Positions 59,455 through 64,000 of a stretch of 64,000 bases of DNA are shown here, piece after piece. Numbering within the stretch: the first letter of the stretch is position 1; the number at the start of each line of letters is the position of its first letter. The stretch lies in assembly GCF_009914755.1 (NCBI RefSeq), contig NC_060939.1; one strand, 5' to 3'. Under the pieces are notes generated by a model that did no database searches, had not been told where the DNA came from, and saw nothing but the letters and a program-made list of their open reading frames with translations. The DNA is from the human T2T-CHM13v2.0 reference genome, Homo sapiens. Both the position numbers and the translations under genes were made by a program.

Positions 59455-59558
59455 TTTTATATTATTTTAATTGGCAAATAATAAATGCACATATTGATGA
59501 GGTACAATGTGACACTTTGATACATGTATACATTCTGCAGTGATCAACTCAAGGTAAT
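59455..59558 (-). mobile_element. L1MA 3'-terminal fragment
   Basis: ttaattggcaaataataa..ggtacaatgtga..ttgatacatgtatacatt. Confidence 0.65.
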
Positions 59559-59622
59559 ATTTTTTAAAAATTTGCAGGAGGAGAAAAATCACAAATAGTC
59601 ACAAACAGAAAATAAATGTACA

Positions 59623-59945
59623 GGCTGGGTGCAGTGGCTCAAGCCTGTAATCCTAGCACTTTGGGAGGCTGAGGTGGTGGGTTACTTGAGTCCAGGAGTT
59701 CGAGATCAGCCTGGGCAACATGGAGAAAACCCATGTCTACAAAAAATGCAAAATAATGAGCCAGGTGTGGTGGTACACACCTGTAGTCCCAGCTACTTGG
59801 GAGGCTGAGGTGGGAGGATCACTTGAGCCTGGGGGGAACTGAGGCCGCAGTGAGCTGTGATTGTGCCACTGCACTCCAGCCTGGTTGACAGAGTGAGACC
59901 CTGTCTCCAAAAAAAAAAAAAAAAAAAAGAAAAGAAAAAAGAAAA
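59623..59945 (+). mobile_element. AluJ
   Basis: Dimer with ggaggatcacttgagcctgg and an A-rich tail. Confidence 0.9.
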
Positions 59946-62549
59946 TAAACATACATATTGAGATATTGAACCCGTTGTTTGAGTCAGGCATGGTTTTAGG
60001 TCCTGAAATGAAAATTAACACCAGACAACCAGCCTGAGAATTTGCAAGAATGTTCTAAAAGTGATCATGCAGTGCTGGAAAAAGCTGTGGAAAGAAAGTG
60101 AGAAGTGTTGTCCAGTGTTGGTGGGAGAATGAAACTGGGGTGTGTGGAGAGCGTTTGTGAGAAGCCTCCGCCGGAAGGAGCTCAGATCCTGCTGTTGGTG
60201 CTCCAAGCTCAGACTGAATGGGAAGTTCACAAGACCCCCCACGGTGGCTTCCACTGCAAACAGAAAACCAGTGGACGTGAGGATGGGAGAGGTGGTGGAT
60301 GAGCGTTTTCATTAAAGTTGTTGATTTATTCTGCAATAAATGGAACTCGTTTGTAGGGTAGCTTTTTAAGAATGGCTCCAGCACACTATTCTGGATTCTT
60401 CACTGATTTCTCTTGAGACCCAAGACTGTGATCGGGAAAAAGCACCTTCTCATCATCTAGTTCCTCTGTGTGCAGTGTGTGCTTGGGTCCTCCTTAATGA
60501 AAAATATTGTCCCTGTCTCCTATCTCCTCTTGTTCAGACTCTATACTCTTCCCTGCTTATTATCAAGGGAAGGATTCAGAGACAGGGTGTGGAGTAAACA
60601 TTGCTCTCATGTCCATTGTCCAGGTGGAGAAATAAACCTTCCAACAGTGGCCAGAACCCCTAACCCCAGCCCCTTCTTGAAGCTTTTAGTCCTTGATTCC
60701 ATTTTTTTGGTCATCAGATTTTTAGCTGGTGGTTTTTTCCAAGGGTGGATCTTTCTTCCTAACTCACACACATGAAACTCCTCTGCTTCTTGTGCCCATT
60801 GTGGCTGACAACTTCAATAAAGAAGTTTTCCGATCTGGCCAGGACAAAAGTCACAGAACATAATTTTTATGGGATTAAAACCATTTCTGCTCTTGTAGTT
60901 TCAGTAGAGAATGTTTTCTGAAACCAGCTTACAGGAAGGCATCAACACTTACGGTGATTTATGCCTCTGATTTTTAGGAGAAAATGGTAAATGACAAGTA
61001 CAATGCCTGAGATTTATTAAAACAAAAACATTTCAGAGAATGTCATGGGGTGGTTTGAGGTCTGCTCAGTTTCCTGTGCCTTATACATCTACGGGGCTGC
61101 ACGATCCTAGAAGACGTGTCTGAGCCCCCTGGAAAGGCCTCTGGGCTGTGGAGGGCACCTGTGATGGAGAGAGGTGTCCTGGCCGCCAGGTCACCCTCGG
61201 GGCTCCCATTGCTCATGTCCTTCAGGTGTTTCCTAAGTAAAAACTGGTGTTGTTGTCTGGGAATCTTACCACGTACTTATTCTTTGGAAATCTATCATAC
61301 CAGCAGGTGGAATCGGTGTAGTTCAGGACATTCGCCATTTAATCGAGACATAGAAAAGCCATGTTTACTTGCCTCAAAGAAGTCCCGCTGATGAAGAAAT
61401 AAAGGAAGTTTCCATGCACATCCACTACCAGAAGGAAAGTCATGACAGTCCGCTCCCATTGCAACTCGAGAGGATGTGTGCATTGGCCTCTGCAACCGGG
61501 CTTCTTACAGGACATGAGTGCATTCTCCATCCACTGGGAGGCGGCTTGTATACTCACTCTCACAGTGAATCTGCCGACAGTTCTCAAAGCTGAGGAAGCA
61601 TACAGGCTTTGCCCGTGGTTGGGTGGTGAGGCTGCATTTCGTGCTCATCTGCTCCATCTGCAGAGCCAGCCTTGAATTTTAAAGTCCTGTCTTACTGGAC
61701 TCCTGTGATGACTCACTATGATAACGCATCAGAACACATGGATCTTAAATACGCAGGGACAAAATAAGAGAAGCGCTGATTTCTCCAAGGAAGTCCAGGT
61801 GTTCCCATTTACGGTGCATCTGAGAATGGAGATGATAGGGACAAGAGTCCACACCAGGCTATCTCCGCACAGCAGAGCTCAGAATTACAGATGGCAGAGC
61901 CTTGCTGAGCAGTTTAGACGAGGGTAAAGATTTTTGAGTATGCTTTTCATTGTAAGTTTTGGAGGCGTCCATTAGGGCCACTCAGCAGAGGTCTGAATCA
62001 TCTGATTGCTCTGTTTGACTCAGTGTTGGAAGCCTGTTGAACAGGAAATGAGCTATTTCTTGCTCAACCAGGAGTTGTAGCATCTTTGAAGTTTGGGAAG
62101 TTAATTTATAAATTCCCAACTGTCCGGCTACATGTCAAGTGTCTGGTCATTGTTTTGATTTGTTGCAACCTGTGAAAGTACTTTTTTTTTTTTTCAAAGT
62201 CAAATTGCCATATTGGAAACCAGGAGCCACCATCTTTAAACAATTAGAGATTAGAGATTTGCTATGACTTTACCTATACAGTGCTTAAGACCGATTTAGT
62301 CTATTAGAAACCAGTAAGTTCGCGGGCCTCATCAAAATTGATAAGTGATTAGCACTGTCTATAAAACTATGCCATATCGTATAAAGTAAAATTGCTTCTT
62401 AACTATCTTTGTGTTGCTATAGTACATATTTCTGAAAAGCTCTTAGACTAAATGCAACCGTCATCACCAATAAAACCATTAATGAACCCTATACACAAAT
62501 GAACTTTGAATCCTGTGGCCACTATTAAAACAATTTTAGATCTTGATTT

Positions 62550-62963
62550 GCCATTTGGGGAATGCTAAGCTGCTGTAACAGCAGGCTCAAACTAATTCAC
62601 TGAATTGGAAAATATGGAAATTCTTCATATAAGAACTCTGAAGTGAGCATTTCAGGCTGGCAGGCTGCCCTGGTGCCCTCTGCCATTCAGGGAAGCAGAA
62701 GACAATGAAGGCTCTGTCACTCCCAACACGAGGCTGCAAAGGTTGCCATACATGCTCTTTCTAGCCAGCAGGAAGGCCTGAAGGGCACCCCTACTGCTCT
62801 CTACATTTCCTTTGGGGAGAGCTGAGTCTTGGGGCCACAGCCAGCTACAGGTGGTTTGGAAGCGGGGTTCCCATCTGACAGAGACCATGCTCCCACCTGC
62901 AGCCCTTCTGTTGTAGAAAATTGGCAAAACGGATTTTGGTGGACAAATAGCAGTCTCCATCAC
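62550..62963 (-). mobile_element. MLT1J/K-like old MaLR LTR
   Basis: aagctgctgtaaca..ggccacagccagctaca..gattttggtggacaaatagcagtctc. Confidence 0.55.
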
Positions 62964-63346
62964 CGTTCTGTTATTTTATAAGCTGAATCCCAGTTATGAG
63001 ATACTATGTTGGCTATAATTTCAAAGTTTCTATTGATAGCTGTTATAACACTTTTATTCCAATTTGAAAATTTGGATCAATAAACATTGAATTGGAGATA
63101 TAGTTCCAAATCAAGAATATAACTGTTCACCTCTTACGCTGTTAAGAAACCTAAAGGCATTTGACATACACTGTTTTGCATTTCTATGTTAGATGTCCAA
63201 GAGAGGAGACATGTGTTCCAAGACTGTGGTCCTGAGATGGCATGAAGGCGAGTGATGCAGAGTGAAAGGGTTTCCTGCCATGGGCATAGGTCTGGGTCCT
63301 GGCAGACAATGGTGCTTCACTGTGAACAAAGACACAGTTCGATTAT

Positions 63347-63365
63347 TGACCACTAGGTGGCACCA
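63347..63365 (+). promoter_or_regulatory. CTCF motif
   Basis: TGACCACTAGGTGGCACCA against the consensus TGGCCACCAGGGGGCGCTA; the differences fall at positions that are degenerate in the motif. Confidence 0.7.
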
Positions 63366-64000
63366 CGGAGAATAGAAATGTCTGCACCAATCACCAGGGA
63401 GCTGGGAGTGCTCTTTCCTTAAGGATCTGTATTCTATTGTAGCAAAAGGTGGCCATTCCTGCTACCTCTGTGCAGTCAAAGCTTATTGAAGAAAGAACAA
63501 TGTTCTCTTTTTAGATTTTCTTCTCTTAAGTAGAAATTTATTATAACCTTTAGTAATGCTATAAAATTAAACACTAGACTTTCCACAATGTGGTCATAAA
63601 CCAAGAGATAAGGAAAAATGGCAACTACATTATTTTAAAATGTGTATTTTGATTTATGTGACAGTAAGGGGAGTTTAAAATCCAGTTGGTTTTTAACATT
63701 TTTGTATCTAACTGCTTGTTGTCAAGAGCTTTCCCAGGAGAAGAGATTGTCTAAGACCATTATGCATATTTGTCTAATGTGAACTTTGGTTTTATTTTGC
63801 AGCAAGAAAGGGTGGGGTGGCACCTATTTGAATGCAGCCCACTGGCCTGTTGGTGCAATTCCTCCTTGGCCACACTGGCCCCTGAGCAGGGTTGGAGCTT
63901 CCCTTTGCAGGTTGGTGCACAAAGATGTGGCATGCTGCTCCAGAAACTGCTCTGGGAAACTGCTGGTGGCCCCACAGGCTCTTGGAACTAACAGACTGTG

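Overview
Hominoid (very probably human) genomic DNA from inside GABRG3, the GABA-A receptor gamma-3 subunit gene (15q12 in human), transcribed on the + strand. The only protein-coding sequence I can support is one 68-nt internal exon at 30314-30381 (AG/GT bounded, encoding ..KPTVIDVDIYVNSIGPVSSINM). It matches the conserved 68-nt exon 3 of GABA-A subunit genes. Everything else is flanking intron, much of it interspersed repeat: about 20 Alus, several old L1s (mostly antisense), an antisense 5'-truncated SVA with a 16-bp TSD, MaLR/ERV1 solo LTRs, and DNA-transposon MITEs (MER2, MADE1, MER5A, MER45A, MER1A, MER58, Tigger4b). The supplied ORFs other than the one overlapping the exon are repeat-derived or look like chance ORFs. 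I found no convincing new gene or system. The structure least explained by standard annotation is a local rearrangement around the SVA. It consists of a 170-bp, ~90%-identical, ungapped inverted duplication (4871-5040 / 8399-8568) interleaved with a ~165-bp direct duplication (5961-6127 / 8663-9022). Several small fold-back scars, a candidate alternative terminal exon just after exon 3, and a strong CTCF motif are also worth checking. Repeat subfamily names come from my memory of consensus sequences and need RepeatMasker/Dfam confirmation. Boundaries without a TSD are approximate.
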